From assembly GCA_030603365.1 (NCBI GenBank), contig JAUVXV010000004.1, positions 96,001 through 160,000 of the forward strand: a stretch of DNA of 64,000 nucleotides. The letters are read 5' to 3'. This document shows positions 37,872 through 47,120 of the stretch, in pieces; positions within the stretch are counted from its first letter, which is position 1; each line of letters opens with the position of its first letter. The notes below the pieces were generated by a model, which was not told where the DNA came from, searched no databases, and was given only the letters and a program-made list of their open reading frames with translations. This DNA comes from Candidatus Heimdallarchaeota archaeon. Lineage in GTDB: Archaea; Asgardarchaeota; Heimdallarchaeia; Heimdallarchaeales; Heimdallarchaeaceae. The position numbers and the translations under genes were made by a program.

Positions 37872-38663
37872 ATGGCAGAGAATGAACCCTTACTAATTGT
37901 GGAAACTGTAGGTGAGAATAGTAATATTGTAATTATAACATTGAATCGCCAGAAGAAGTTGAATGCATTAAACAAAGAAATGCTTGAGTTACTTGATAAA
38001 AAAATCAAATCAATTAAACATGATCACAACATTAGAGCTATAATTATTTATTCAGAAGGTAAAAGCTGGTGTGCAGGTGTTGACTTAAAATGGGCATCAA
38101 GTTCAGTTTGGAAATTCGTAAAAGCGATTAAAATGGGTCGGAGAATATTTGCTAGAATAGAAAAACAACCGATTCCTGTAATAGCAGCTATTAATGGATA
38201 TGCAGTTGGTGGAGGAATGGAGTTAGCACTATCTTGTGATATACGCGTTGCAGCTGATATTGCTACCTTCGCACAATCTGAGGCAACAATTGGTTTACCT
38301 CCTGGATGGGGTGGAACATATCGCTTACCAAAGGTTGTTGGTTTAAGTACAGCTAAAGCTTTAATCTACACAGGTAGAAGATTTTCTGCAGAAGAAGCTC
38401 TTGAAATGAAGTTTGTAAGTAAGATTGTACCCGTAGAAGAGTTGAAAAATCAGGCTATAGAGATAGCTGAATCCATTGCTAGAAGTGCCCCAATGGCTGT
38501 CAAAAAATCTAAGAAAGCCATTAACAAAGGTATTTCGACTACTGCTAGGGGAGGATATAGGGCAGAGAAAAGAGGAGTTTGGCGTTGCATTAGAACTAAA
38601 GATATAAGAGAAGGAATAACAGCTGTATTCGAGAAGAGAAAACCTGAGTTCAAAGGCAAATAG
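37872..38663 (+). CDS. Enoyl-CoA hydratase/isomerase family protein
   Basis: LNAL, CAGVDL, AINGYAVGGGMELALSCDIR, PGWGGT, EKRKPEFKG. Confidence 0.93.
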   Translation: MAENEPLLIVETVGENSNIVIITLNRQKKLNALNKEMLELLDKKIKSIKHDHNIRAIIIYSEGKSWCAGVDLKWASSSVWKFVKAIKMGRRIFARIEKQPIPVIAAINGYAVGGGMELALSCDIRVAADIATFAQSEATIGLPPGWGGTYRLPKVVGLSTAKALIYTGRRFSAEEALEMKFVSKIVPVEELKNQAIEIAESIARSAPMAVKKSKKAINKGISTTARGGYRAEKRGVWRCIRTKDIREGITAVFEKRKPEFKGK

Positions 38664-38691
38664 TTTCTCGTAAGAGTTAAGGGGATTCTCC

Positions 38692-39435
38692 ATGACTCAA
38701 ACTGAAGTAACACCTGCAGAAGAAGAATATCTAGAAACATTCTTTTGGTTTTTTGAATATGGGACTAAGCACGTAAAGACAAATCAAATAGCTGAAATGA
38801 TGAATGTAGATCCAGGTACTGTTACTTCAATGTTCAAGAAATTATCAAGAAAGGGATTCATAAATTACAAACCATATTATGGTGCAGAGTTAACTCCAAA
38901 GGGAGAGGAAATAGCTAGAAAAGTTGTAAGAAGACATAGGATATCTGAGGTCTTCCTTGATTGGCTAGGTCTTCCTTGGGCAAAGATTCATGAGGAAGCT
39001 TGTAAGTGGGAGCATATCCTAACGGATGAAATAGCAGAGATGATTGAACAAAAGTTAAAACCCGAGAAAACACCTTACGGTGCAACCATTCCTAGGAAAG
39101 AAGGTCTTGAACCAAAAACAGCAGAAAATAAACCTTTAGCATTATTCAGTTCAGGTAGAAAAGTAGAGATTGTAGAAATAATTGAAAGAGCTATTGCTAG
39201 ACATTTCCCACATGAAGCAACTTTACAAGAAGTATATTTTGAATTGGAAGAGAAAGAATTGAAACCAGGTACTGAATGGACAATTATCTCTACGAAAATT
39301 AGTAAAGACGCTATTGTGGAAAATTGGTCACTCTCTTATGATTTGGATATGACATTGGAAAATAAAGAGGGAAGAAAGGTAAAAGTTCCTTATTATCTGG
39401 TTAATATGATTTTAGCAAGAGAAGCTTCTTCTTAA
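38692..39435 (+). CDS. DtxR/MntR family metal-dependent transcriptional regulator
   Basis: EEYLE, TVTSMFKKL, RRHRISE, EEACKWEH, FeoA-like C-terminus. Confidence 0.92.
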   Translation: MTQTEVTPAEEEYLETFFWFFEYGTKHVKTNQIAEMMNVDPGTVTSMFKKLSRKGFINYKPYYGAELTPKGEEIARKVVRRHRISEVFLDWLGLPWAKIHEEACKWEHILTDEIAEMIEQKLKPEKTPYGATIPRKEGLEPKTAENKPLALFSSGRKVEIVEIIERAIARHFPHEATLQEVYFELEEKELKPGTEWTIISTKISKDAIVENWSLSYDLDMTLENKEGRKVKVPYYLVNMILAREASS

Positions 39436-39464
39436 TATTATAGCTCCACTATGTTTTTGTAGTT

Positions 39465-39959
39465 TTATTTATCTAAATCTTCTTCAAATTCTTTCTTTAG
39501 TTCTTTATCTAGTTTTTCCTGTTCTTTTTTCTTTTTCCTTCTTCGATTTACGAGTATGTCAGCAGCAATTAAAGCTATTACAACAACTGGTATAGCAATT
39601 GCTTGAGCTATCCAATAATTAGTGCTGTATTCTTGTTCTAGAATAAAGAATCCTGAAAATATGATCAGATAAGTGGTGAGAGCAAAGACTGTGATTAATA
39701 TGATTCTAATTAGAGTTGAAATAACAATCTCTGCATTCCTGTCCCTTTTTTTCTTTCTAATAAATGCCATAGCCATTCCTGCGGAAATAAGAAAGCCAAA
39801 TCCGACAGCTGTTAAACTAGCAGCAAGTAAGAATGTCATCATATCAAACAAAGATACAATGAAAAACACTACGCCTCCTAGCATAAGACCAAGAGCAGTA
39901 TACATGTAAACTTGGTAATCTTCAGGAACACCAACAAATAGTGTCATTAGTAAGTTCAA
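39465..39959 (-). CDS. Hypothetical membrane protein
   Basis: Four hydrophobic segments and a charged C-terminal tail. Confidence 0.7.
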   Translation of the reverse strand: MNLLMTLFVGVPEDYQVYMYTALGLMLGGVVFFIVSLFDMMTFLLAASLTAVGFGFLISAGMAMAFIRKKKRDRNAEIVISTLIRIILITVFALTTYLIIFSGFFILEQEYSTNYWIAQAIAIPVVVIALIAADILVNRRRKKKKEQEKLDKELKKEFEEDLDK

Positions 39960-40037
39960 TTTACCATGTTCTATAAATTCTTTTAGATGATTTTATTTAA
40001 AAAATTTAATGGATTAAGAAAGAGAGAAAAATAATTG

Positions 40038-41468
40038 TTATTCTTCAGTTAGTTTCCAAAGAATTCTTTTCGGAGTATCCTCTAGAGCGATTCCTGCTTT
40101 CTTCAAGTCATCTCTGATTTTATCGCTCATTTCCCAATTTTTTTCATTACGGAAGTTTTTACGAAGTTCAATAAGTAGTTTAACAAGTTGTTCTAAAGTT
40201 GCAAAAGAAGAATACTGGTCAAAGTTCTCAAATAAACCGAATATGGAACGAAATTCATCAAAGAATTGGTCAACTTCATGAATAACTGTAGCATTTATCA
40301 TTTCTGTTTTTCGGATATAATTATTCACTTCATGTGAAAGGTCAAAAATCACTGCAAGGGCAATAGAAGTATTGAAATCTTCATTCATACCCTTTAAGAA
40401 ATCTTCTCGAGACTTATTGGTTTTTTCAATCATTTTTTCATCCATCTCATTGGAAGATTCCAGGATCTCTTCACTTTTAGCATAGTGTTTGACTAGAAGC
40501 AAAGTATTGAACAGTCTATCAGCTGTAATCTGGGATTGGTCCATAGCATCTTCGGTGAAGATAATAGGACTGCGGTAATGAGTTTGAAGGACAAATAAGC
40601 GAACTGCATCTGGAGAATAGTGTTCCAGTAGTTCAACAATATTAACAAAGTTACCTAAAGATTTACTCATTTTCTCTTTATCGATGTTAACATAACCGTT
40701 GTGAAGCCAATAATTGACGAAAGGTTTTCCTGTAAGAGCTTCAGATTGAGCAATTTCGTTTTCATGATGAGGAAAAATGAGATCTTGACCTCCACTGTGA
40801 ATATCCAAGGTTTCTCCAAGGTACATCATGGACATTTGACTACATTCTAAAGACCAACCGACTCTTCCTTTTCCCCATGGTGATGGCCAATTTGGCTCTC
40901 CTGGCTTCATTGCCTTCCATAGTGCGAAGTCTGCTGGAAATCTTTTATTGGGATTCTTTGTATCTTCTGTTCCTTCTTGAAGAATATTCTCTAATTTCTG
41001 ATTTGACAGTTTTCCATATTCCTTGAACTTTCTAATATCGTAATATACGTCTCCTCCGCTCTCGTAAGCATATCCTTTCTCCACCAGTTTCTCCACGAAT
41101 TCTATCATTGGATTCATATGGAGCATTGCTCTTGGATGTACAGTAGCAGGTTTTAGGTTTATGCTGGCCATATCTCTTCGAAAATAGCTTAGGTACTCTT
41201 CTGCAACTTCAAGCACTTGTCGCTTTTCTTTGTTTGCAACCTCAATCATTCTATCCTCAATATCTGTAAAGTTCATAACATAGTCTACTTTGTATCCTCT
41301 ATATTCGAGATATCTGCGGATAGTATCAAATGCGATAGCAGATCTAGCGTGCCCTAGATGCATTAACCCATTAACCGTTGGACCACAGTTGTACCACTTA
41401 ACAACGTTAGGTTCAATAGTCTTGAACTCTTCAAGTTGACGGGTAAGAGTACTATAGATTTTAATCAT
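40038..41468 (-). CDS. cysS: Cysteine--tRNA ligase
   Basis: CGPTV, HLGH, DFALWK, DLIFPHHENE, KMSKS, SDKIRDDL. Confidence 0.96.
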   Translation of the reverse strand: MIKIYSTLTRQLEEFKTIEPNVVKWYNCGPTVNGLMHLGHARSAIAFDTIRRYLEYRGYKVDYVMNFTDIEDRMIEVANKEKRQVLEVAEEYLSYFRRDMASINLKPATVHPRAMLHMNPMIEFVEKLVEKGYAYESGGDVYYDIRKFKEYGKLSNQKLENILQEGTEDTKNPNKRFPADFALWKAMKPGEPNWPSPWGKGRVGWSLECSQMSMMYLGETLDIHSGGQDLIFPHHENEIAQSEALTGKPFVNYWLHNGYVNIDKEKMSKSLGNFVNIVELLEHYSPDAVRLFVLQTHYRSPIIFTEDAMDQSQITADRLFNTLLLVKHYAKSEEILESSNEMDEKMIEKTNKSREDFLKGMNEDFNTSIALAVIFDLSHEVNNYIRKTEMINATVIHEVDQFFDEFRSIFGLFENFDQYSSFATLEQLVKLLIELRKNFRNEKNWEMSDKIRDDLKKAGIALEDTPKRILWKLTEE

Positions 41469-41591
41469 AACATTACTTCAAAATCTGCTTAAAAAAGCGT
41501 TTCGCTCAGACAGAAGTTAAAATAATTTAGCTTCAGAGGTTTTTCTCTCTAAAAAAATATATAGAACCAATGAATCTTTCAGAGGAAGAAT

Positions 41592-42581
41592 ATGACCATA
41601 TTAGTTACTGGGGCAACAAGTGCTGTGGGTTATTTTATAGCTAAAAGAGTGAGAGAACAGTATCCAAAGACAGAAATTAAAGCTCTCTCTCGCTCAGGGA
41701 AGAAATCAAAAGAGCTAGAAGAGCTAGGAATAAGTATAGTTAAAGGAGATCTTACTGATAGAACTTCTCTTGAAAGAGCTTTGAAAGGAATTGATACAGT
41801 ATATAATGCAGCAGGAGAAGCTCGGGATTATATCCCCTCTAAACTCTATTATCAAGTTAATGTGGATGGAACAAAAAATTTGTTAGAAGCATTTGTTAAG
41901 AATAACGGAAACAGGTTTTTGCATGTTAGTACTGTAGGTATTTATGGATATCAAATAAAAAATCAACCCGTAAAAGAAACCCATCCCAAGAAATCAGATC
42001 ACCCTTATCATAAGACTAAGATGATTGCAGAACAGTTGGTTTTTCAATATGCAAAGGAGCGTGGGTTTTTTGCAACAGCTGTTAGACCCCCCTATATTGT
42101 GGGTCCAAAAGACAGACAGGTTGCACCAAAAATCTTTGACTATCTTTTGAAGGAACGAAAAATCCCGTTAGTAGGAGGAGGAGATGCAGTAGTGTCCTTT
42201 GTTCATCATGATGATGTGGCACAAGCATTAGTTATGTCCGGAGAAGTTGAAGATGCAAACGGGGAAGCTTTCCATGTGATAGGTGGAACATGTACAGCTA
42301 GAGAGTTATTTCAACTAGCAGGGGAAATCACTGGTAAAGAACCTATTTTCCAAGAAATTAGTTTTCCCTTAGCAATTACTGTGGCAATCATAAGTGAAAT
42401 CATGGCTAAGATAAAAGGATCAAAACCCAAGATCTCTCGAAGAAGGGTCAATCAATTTAGCAGAACACGTGTATATAGTACAGATAAAATAAAGGAAATA
42501 GTGGGCTTTGAACCCAAATACGATGTTAAGGCAGCGTTCCAAGATGCATTCAATTGGATGAAAGAACAGAAAATTGTTTAG
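41592..42581 (+). CDS. NAD-dependent epimerase/dehydratase (3-beta-HSD-like extended SDR)
   Basis: LVTGAT, GDLTD, VNVDGT, YHKTK, RPPYIVGP. Confidence 0.88.
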   Translation: MTILVTGATSAVGYFIAKRVREQYPKTEIKALSRSGKKSKELEELGISIVKGDLTDRTSLERALKGIDTVYNAAGEARDYIPSKLYYQVNVDGTKNLLEAFVKNNGNRFLHVSTVGIYGYQIKNQPVKETHPKKSDHPYHKTKMIAEQLVFQYAKERGFFATAVRPPYIVGPKDRQVAPKIFDYLLKERKIPLVGGGDAVVSFVHHDDVAQALVMSGEVEDANGEAFHVIGGTCTARELFQLAGEITGKEPIFQEISFPLAITVAIISEIMAKIKGSKPKISRRRVNQFSRTRVYSTDKIKEIVGFEPKYDVKAAFQDAFNWMKEQKIV

Positions 42582-42588
42582 TTCCATT

Positions 42589-43332
42589 CTATTTGTTTTC
42601 AAAACCGTATTTTTCTTTTATTTCATATAATATCTTCTTGTTGGATTTTTCTTTATAGCCTTTCTTCATGATAAGATTAAACTTGAATAGATCAAACAAT
42701 CCTTTGAAAAGTCTTTTAGTACCATATTTTGATTTTCCACTTAATCTAGGTCGATGTGATACTTTTGTTTCAGATATCTTAAATCCTCTACTAACGATGA
42801 TGGCTGGTAAATATCTATGTGCTCCTTTAATCAACGAGAGTTCAGAAACAACATCTTTTCGATAAACTCTTAGCATACAATTATTATCGTGAATTTCAAT
42901 TCTGCTAAAGATTTTGTTAAGAATATTATATATTTTTGATAATGATTTCTTAATTGTGGTGTCTTGGCGTTCATGCCTCCACCCACATATCACATCATGA
43001 TCGTCTGTTAATGATGAAAGAAGAAGGGGAATATTACCCGGAAAATCTTGACCATCTCCATCTAGTGTGATAACTAGTTTTCCCTTAATGTGGTTAAATC
43101 CAGCTGTTAGCGCAGCACTTTTTCCAAAGCGACGAGTTAATTGAATTATACGTAAATTATCTTCTTTTGAAAGAAGCTTTAGGAGATTAGGTAAAGTGTT
43201 ATCATTTGATCCATCATCTATGAAGATAGTTTCGAACTCTTGAGATAGTTTAAGCATCACCTCCTTCAGCTCTTTATACAAAGGGATGATATTATCTTCT
43301 TCATTGAAAACCGGAATGATAACTGATAACAT
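42589..43332 (-). CDS. Glycosyltransferase family 2 (polyprenol-phosphate glycosyltransferase-like)
   Basis: SVIIPVFNEE, IDDGSND, LDGDGQD, HRYLP, HRPRLSGKSKY. Confidence 0.92.
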   Translation of the reverse strand: MLSVIIPVFNEEDNIIPLYKELKEVMLKLSQEFETIFIDDGSNDNTLPNLLKLLSKEDNLRIIQLTRRFGKSAALTAGFNHIKGKLVITLDGDGQDFPGNIPLLLSSLTDDHDVICGWRHERQDTTIKKSLSKIYNILNKIFSRIEIHDNNCMLRVYRKDVVSELSLIKGAHRYLPAIIVSRGFKISETKVSHRPRLSGKSKYGTKRLFKGLFDLFKFNLIMKKGYKEKSNKKILYEIKEKYGFENK

Positions 43333-43402
43333 AAGGATATAACATTGTGTGTTTATCCAAACAAAAGTTTTTCCAAAGCTCTTTAGAACATAAAAAGAAA
43401 GG

Positions 43403-43509
43403 TGGTGGACCAGTCGGGATATTCATTTAGCTTCCCACAAGAAACTAAAACTTGAACCCGAGGCCTCTTCGGTGCAAGCGAAGCGATCTTCCAACTGATC
43501 TACTGGCCC
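43403..43509 (-). tRNA. tRNA-Ala(TGC) with T-loop 59/60 intron (43420-43450)
   Basis: Reverse complement: acceptor GGGCCAG/CTGGTCC plus ACCA, anticodon arm CTTCG-CT-TGC-AC-CGAAG, strict BHB TTCA-AGT-TTTAG / CTAAA-TGAA-TAT. Confidence 0.93.
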
Positions 43510-43641
43510 ACGTTGAACTGTTAGTTTGCTTTCTATTACTTCTTTTTTTAAAGTTTCGATATCGAAATTCTTTTTTGGATGAATATTTCTCATAAAACTG
43601 CATCTTTGTCTCTTTCCTTGATAATAGCGGGGTATTACATT

Positions 43642-43678
43642 TACCGACAAAAATGTGTTCACACAATACCGACAAAAA
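43642..43678 (+). repeat. 12-bp direct repeat TACCGACAAAAA x2 (25-bp spacing)
   Basis: Copies at 43642-43653 and 43667-43678. Confidence 0.8.
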
Positions 43679-43718
43679 AGGTAAAATCGACGACTAAATT
43701 TATTTTGGCGTGAAACAG

Positions 43719-43833
43719 CCCCTCCCCATAGTTTCCAATGGAAATTGTGGTTCCTTGTTGTTTCCGCCTCTCTCTTACGTAAATAGCAAATATACAAACT
43801 ATTTTCATGTATCTATTAGATTTCCATTGGAAA
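43719..43833. other. Candidate replication origin: inverted ORB-like boxes
   Basis: ATTTCCATTGGAAA on the minus strand (43732-43745, followed by CTATGGGGAGGGG) and on the plus strand (43820-43833), 74 bp apart; matches the archaeal ORB consensus TTCCAxTGGAAAC...GGGG. Confidence 0.55.
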
Positions 43834-43918
43834 AGTAAAGCGTTAAGTAAATATATTAGATGATTTTAAAAGTAAATATTATCTCAGTATAAATAGCAAA
43901 AACTGCAAGAAAGAAGTG

Positions 43919-44236
43919 ATGATGATGGTAACAATCAGCGAAGCACAGAGAAAATTGCTCGAACTCATTAATAGTAGGAACAGTGTAAAACAATTAGATG
44001 TAATGAATATTCCAAAAACTCCTAGTAGAATAATGGGCGAAAAAATGTTGAATGCTTTCGCCACTCAAATATTGGATGATTGTGAAGGATTAGAATGTGA
44101 TCCAACTATTGAAGATGAATTAATTGAAAGTTTACTTAGTACACTAGCATTAGCAGGTGTAGTAGGAATAGATTTAGAAAGAAAGTTAGTAGAAATACTA
44201 GGTTTAATGGAAATAGTTACCGCTGATAGTTCATAA
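43919..44236 (+). CDS. Small protein with degenerate MazG-like (all-alpha NTP pyrophosphatase) fold
   Basis: TISEAQ N-terminus and IEDELIESLLSTLALAGVVGIDLE resemble MazG EELAD...LAN.LGIDLE. Confidence 0.5.
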   Translation: MMMVTISEAQRKLLELINSRNSVKQLDVMNIPKTPSRIMGEKMLNAFATQILDDCEGLECDPTIEDELIESLLSTLALAGVVGIDLERKLVEILGLMEIVTADSS

Positions 44237-44468
44237 GAATAATAGGCAAGGTCTCTGTCGGTGGGAGGGATTCCTTATCATTCTACTAAAATGAATAAAG
44301 GGAAACTCAAAATAAGCGATTTTTAAGATTGGTTTGATAATTGACTCAAAACAAAGAATGGTTCAGTTAAAACCATATAATCTTTAGTGGGAGGAACTAT
44401 TCACATTGTTGTTATACAATCAAACGTTATATATTATTTAGATCTGATTCATTGACAATTTAATGCTT

Positions 44469-45341
44469 CTAAGCTATTGATAGGCAATATACTGCAGAAT
44501 GACTTGCGGTATCTATAAATCTAATATGAAAATCATTGTCCTTTATTATTTCCTTCAACTTATCAGGATTAATGAAATTTCTTGTATTTCTATAAATCTC
44601 TCTTTCTTTTAATTCGTATTCTCGAGTTAGTCGGTTATATGTAGAATATGTGATTGCTTGCATTCCATAGTCCTTCTTAACTGCTGGAAAAAGGTAATGT
44701 TCGCCAGCGATAATATCATTACTTGGTTCTATTAGTAATTCTCCGCTGTAATCTCCTTTTAGATTTTTCGAATTGAATTTGTTATCAGTTGCTTTTGGTT
44801 TATAAGTTGAAAAAATCAATAATCCATTAGGATTCAATTGTCTCCTAGTAGCTGAGAAAAACTCTTTCAACATTGAAATAGGAAAACTTGGAAATGTATT
44901 CATTGGTAGAACTATAACATCAAACTGCCTTTGATACATGTTGTTGTTTTTTAAGAAATCATCAAAAAGGATATTACAATTCTCTAGCAATAAATTCTCT
45001 TTTGAATAAGCTTGGACGTATTTCTTACAATGTTTACAGATCTCTATTCCAAATAATTGTGCCTTTTTGGTTTGATTCTCGTTTTCTATTGCAATCTTGT
45101 TTAGAACTCTTCCATAAGCTGTACCAATCTCTAATATTGTTGTTGGATTGCTATCAAATATGAATTGAATCTCAGGATCATATCTATTAGCATGATTCTT
45201 CCTTCTTCTCCAAAAAACATCAGCCCAAAAACATGAAGAATGTAAATCGTTCCTTATATTTGATATTGATTCATTTGCCATTAAGAATCCAGAGTCATGT
45301 AGTTTCTGTAATTCAGATTCGATTTCCTGCTTGGAAAGCAT
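44469..45341 (-). CDS. Class I SAM-dependent methyltransferase
   Basis: ILEIGTAYGRV motif I, FDVIVLPMNTF, LNPNGLLIF. Confidence 0.85.
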   Translation of the reverse strand: MLSKQEIESELQKLHDSGFLMANESISNIRNDLHSSCFWADVFWRRRKNHANRYDPEIQFIFDSNPTTILEIGTAYGRVLNKIAIENENQTKKAQLFGIEICKHCKKYVQAYSKENLLLENCNILFDDFLKNNNMYQRQFDVIVLPMNTFPSFPISMLKEFFSATRRQLNPNGLLIFSTYKPKATDNKFNSKNLKGDYSGELLIEPSNDIIAGEHYLFPAVKKDYGMQAITYSTYNRLTREYELKEREIYRNTRNFINPDKLKEIIKDNDFHIRFIDTASHSAVYCLSIA

Positions 45342-45464
45342 AAGATTCTACTGTTTATGATACTATATTAATTCATCTTATCTGAAACCCCGTTTTGAAA
45401 TGTTTCGATTTTTGAAGGCAAAAGATAGAAATATAAACACAACTAGGTCTCCTATTTTGATAAT

Positions 45465-45989
45465 ATGATTGGTTTAAAGCGGGGGATAGTGGAATTAAAA
45501 CCATACAATCCTCAATGGAATGCATTCTATATTCAAGAAGAAGAGCTAATATCCTCAGTGATAACTGATTTCCTAATTGAGATTCAACATATTGGAAGTA
45601 CTGCTATTCCAGATATTGTGGCTAAACCAATAATAGATATCGCGGTTGCGATTGATTCCCTCAGGAACATTGAGAAAATCATAGCTCCTTTGGAAGGAGT
45701 AGGTTATATTTATCGAGGGGAACAAGGGATTCCAGATAGGCATTTGTTTGTTAAAGGTGGAGAGGATTTTAGAACTCATCATCTTCATGTTATGGACAAA
45801 ACCCATTACGAATGGAAGAAGCACATTGTTTTCAGAGATTATTTAAGAAACCATCCTGAAGAAGCAAAACGGTATTCGGAACTGAAAATGAAATTAGCAA
45901 AAGAGTTTGAAAACGATAGAGAGTCCTATACTGAAAACAAATCAACGTTTATACAAAACATTCTAGAACAAGTACTGAAGAACCAATAA
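45465..45989 (+). CDS. GrpB family protein (UPF0157)
   Basis: HIGSTAIP, AKPIIDI, HLHV, FRDYLR, YTENK. Confidence 0.93.
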   Translation: MIGLKRGIVELKPYNPQWNAFYIQEEELISSVITDFLIEIQHIGSTAIPDIVAKPIIDIAVAIDSLRNIEKIIAPLEGVGYIYRGEQGIPDRHLFVKGGEDFRTHHLHVMDKTHYEWKKHIVFRDYLRNHPEEAKRYSELKMKLAKEFENDRESYTENKSTFIQNILEQVLKNQ

Positions 45990-46007
45990 ACTCCACAATA
46001 AGTCTGT

Positions 46008-46340
46008 TTAATAGAGTTTTCCACCTAAAGGTACATCAGTATCTGGACTAATTAAGATGCAATCGCCTGACTCATCTGGTACTCCCACAACTAGCACTTC
46101 TGATTTTGAGGGACCAATTTGGCGTGGAGGAAAATTAACAACGGCCATAACATACTTGTCTTTTAACTCATCTTTATTGTAATTGGATACTAATTGTGCA
46201 ATAGATTTCTTTAAACCTATATTTTCTCCAAAATCTACAACCAATTTGTAAGAAGGTTTACGTGCAGCGGGATAATCATCAACACTAACAATTCTCCCAA
46301 CTCTAATTTCGACCTTTTCAAAATCAGCAAAAGTAATCAT
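46008..46340 (-). CDS. csaA: CsaA/Trbp111-like tRNA-binding and export chaperone
   Basis: FEKVEIRVG, VVNFPPRQIG, SEVLVVG. Confidence 0.9.
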   Translation of the reverse strand: MITFADFEKVEIRVGRIVSVDDYPAARKPSYKLVVDFGENIGLKKSIAQLVSNYNKDELKDKYVMAVVNFPPRQIGPSKSEVLVVGVPDESGDCILISPDTDVPLGGKLY

Positions 46341-46373
46341 GATGAAATATATTTCAGATAAGATAATATAAAT

Positions 46374-46910
46374 TTAACTTGAGTTCTTCCTGTCAAATAA
46401 TCTCTTGAGAAGGAGTATCTGACCTATATGCAATACCTCGTGTTCAATAATATGAAAGAGAATCCATTCAATAGTATACTTTTCAGTATCAGAACCAACA
46501 GTTTTTTCCAGTTCTTCATCCTTTAATTCAAGTAATCGGTGATAAACCTGAGTTCGTACTTCTGTTAGCTTTTCAATATAGAATTGCTTAGTTTTACCCT
46601 CAATTTGTGGAATATTTACTTCTGGTCTTAAAGCAAAAGCATGCTTAAATTCCTCAAAATCCATTTCTAGACCATCAATATCCTCAAAAATCCAGCTCCA
46701 TTCAATGGCAGCAATATGTAGTAGAAGTGTTCCAATAGTCTCAATATTCTTCTCATTTGGTGTATAATCAAAAGTTTCTTCTTCTAGATTCTCAACAATT
46801 AATAGTAGTCTTCTTCTTACACTTTCCATCATAGAATACCAATAAGAAACCTTGGTGGGAAGTTCAGTTGATCTCTCCAACCTTGTAGCCTTTATTTCAC
46901 CATTACTCAT
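46374..46910 (-). CDS. DinB family protein
   Basis: TIGTLLLHIAAIE, WILFHIIEHEVLHIGQI. Confidence 0.9.
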   Translation of the reverse strand: MSNGEIKATRLERSTELPTKVSYWYSMMESVRRRLLLIVENLEEETFDYTPNEKNIETIGTLLLHIAAIEWSWIFEDIDGLEMDFEEFKHAFALRPEVNIPQIEGKTKQFYIEKLTEVRTQVYHRLLELKDEELEKTVGSDTEKYTIEWILFHIIEHEVLHIGQILLLKRLFDRKNSS

Positions 46911-46970
46911 AAGTTATCATCATGGAACTTATTATTATGATTTATTAATGAACAAATTTGAAAAAGTTAA

Positions 46971-47045
46971 TGGAGCCTCGGGGGGGATTTGAACCCCCGG
47001 CTAATTGATTACAAGTCAATCACTCTACCTCTGAGTTACCGAGGC
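46971..47045 (-). tRNA. tRNA-Thr(TGT), no intron
   Basis: Reverse complement: GCCTCGG/CCGAGGC plus TCCA, anticodon arm ATTGA-CT-TGT-AA-TCAAT. Confidence 0.95.
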
Positions 47046-47120
47046 TGCTTTCAGCAAAGAGTTTTCAGCATAGTCCTATAAAAAATATTTTGATAGTCAC
47101 TACATTATTTTTCATACGTA

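Noticed and set aside
43423-43797. 124-aa and 76-aa minus-strand ORFs
   Set aside because: They overlap tRNA-Ala and the ORB/repeat region and lack protein-like composition.
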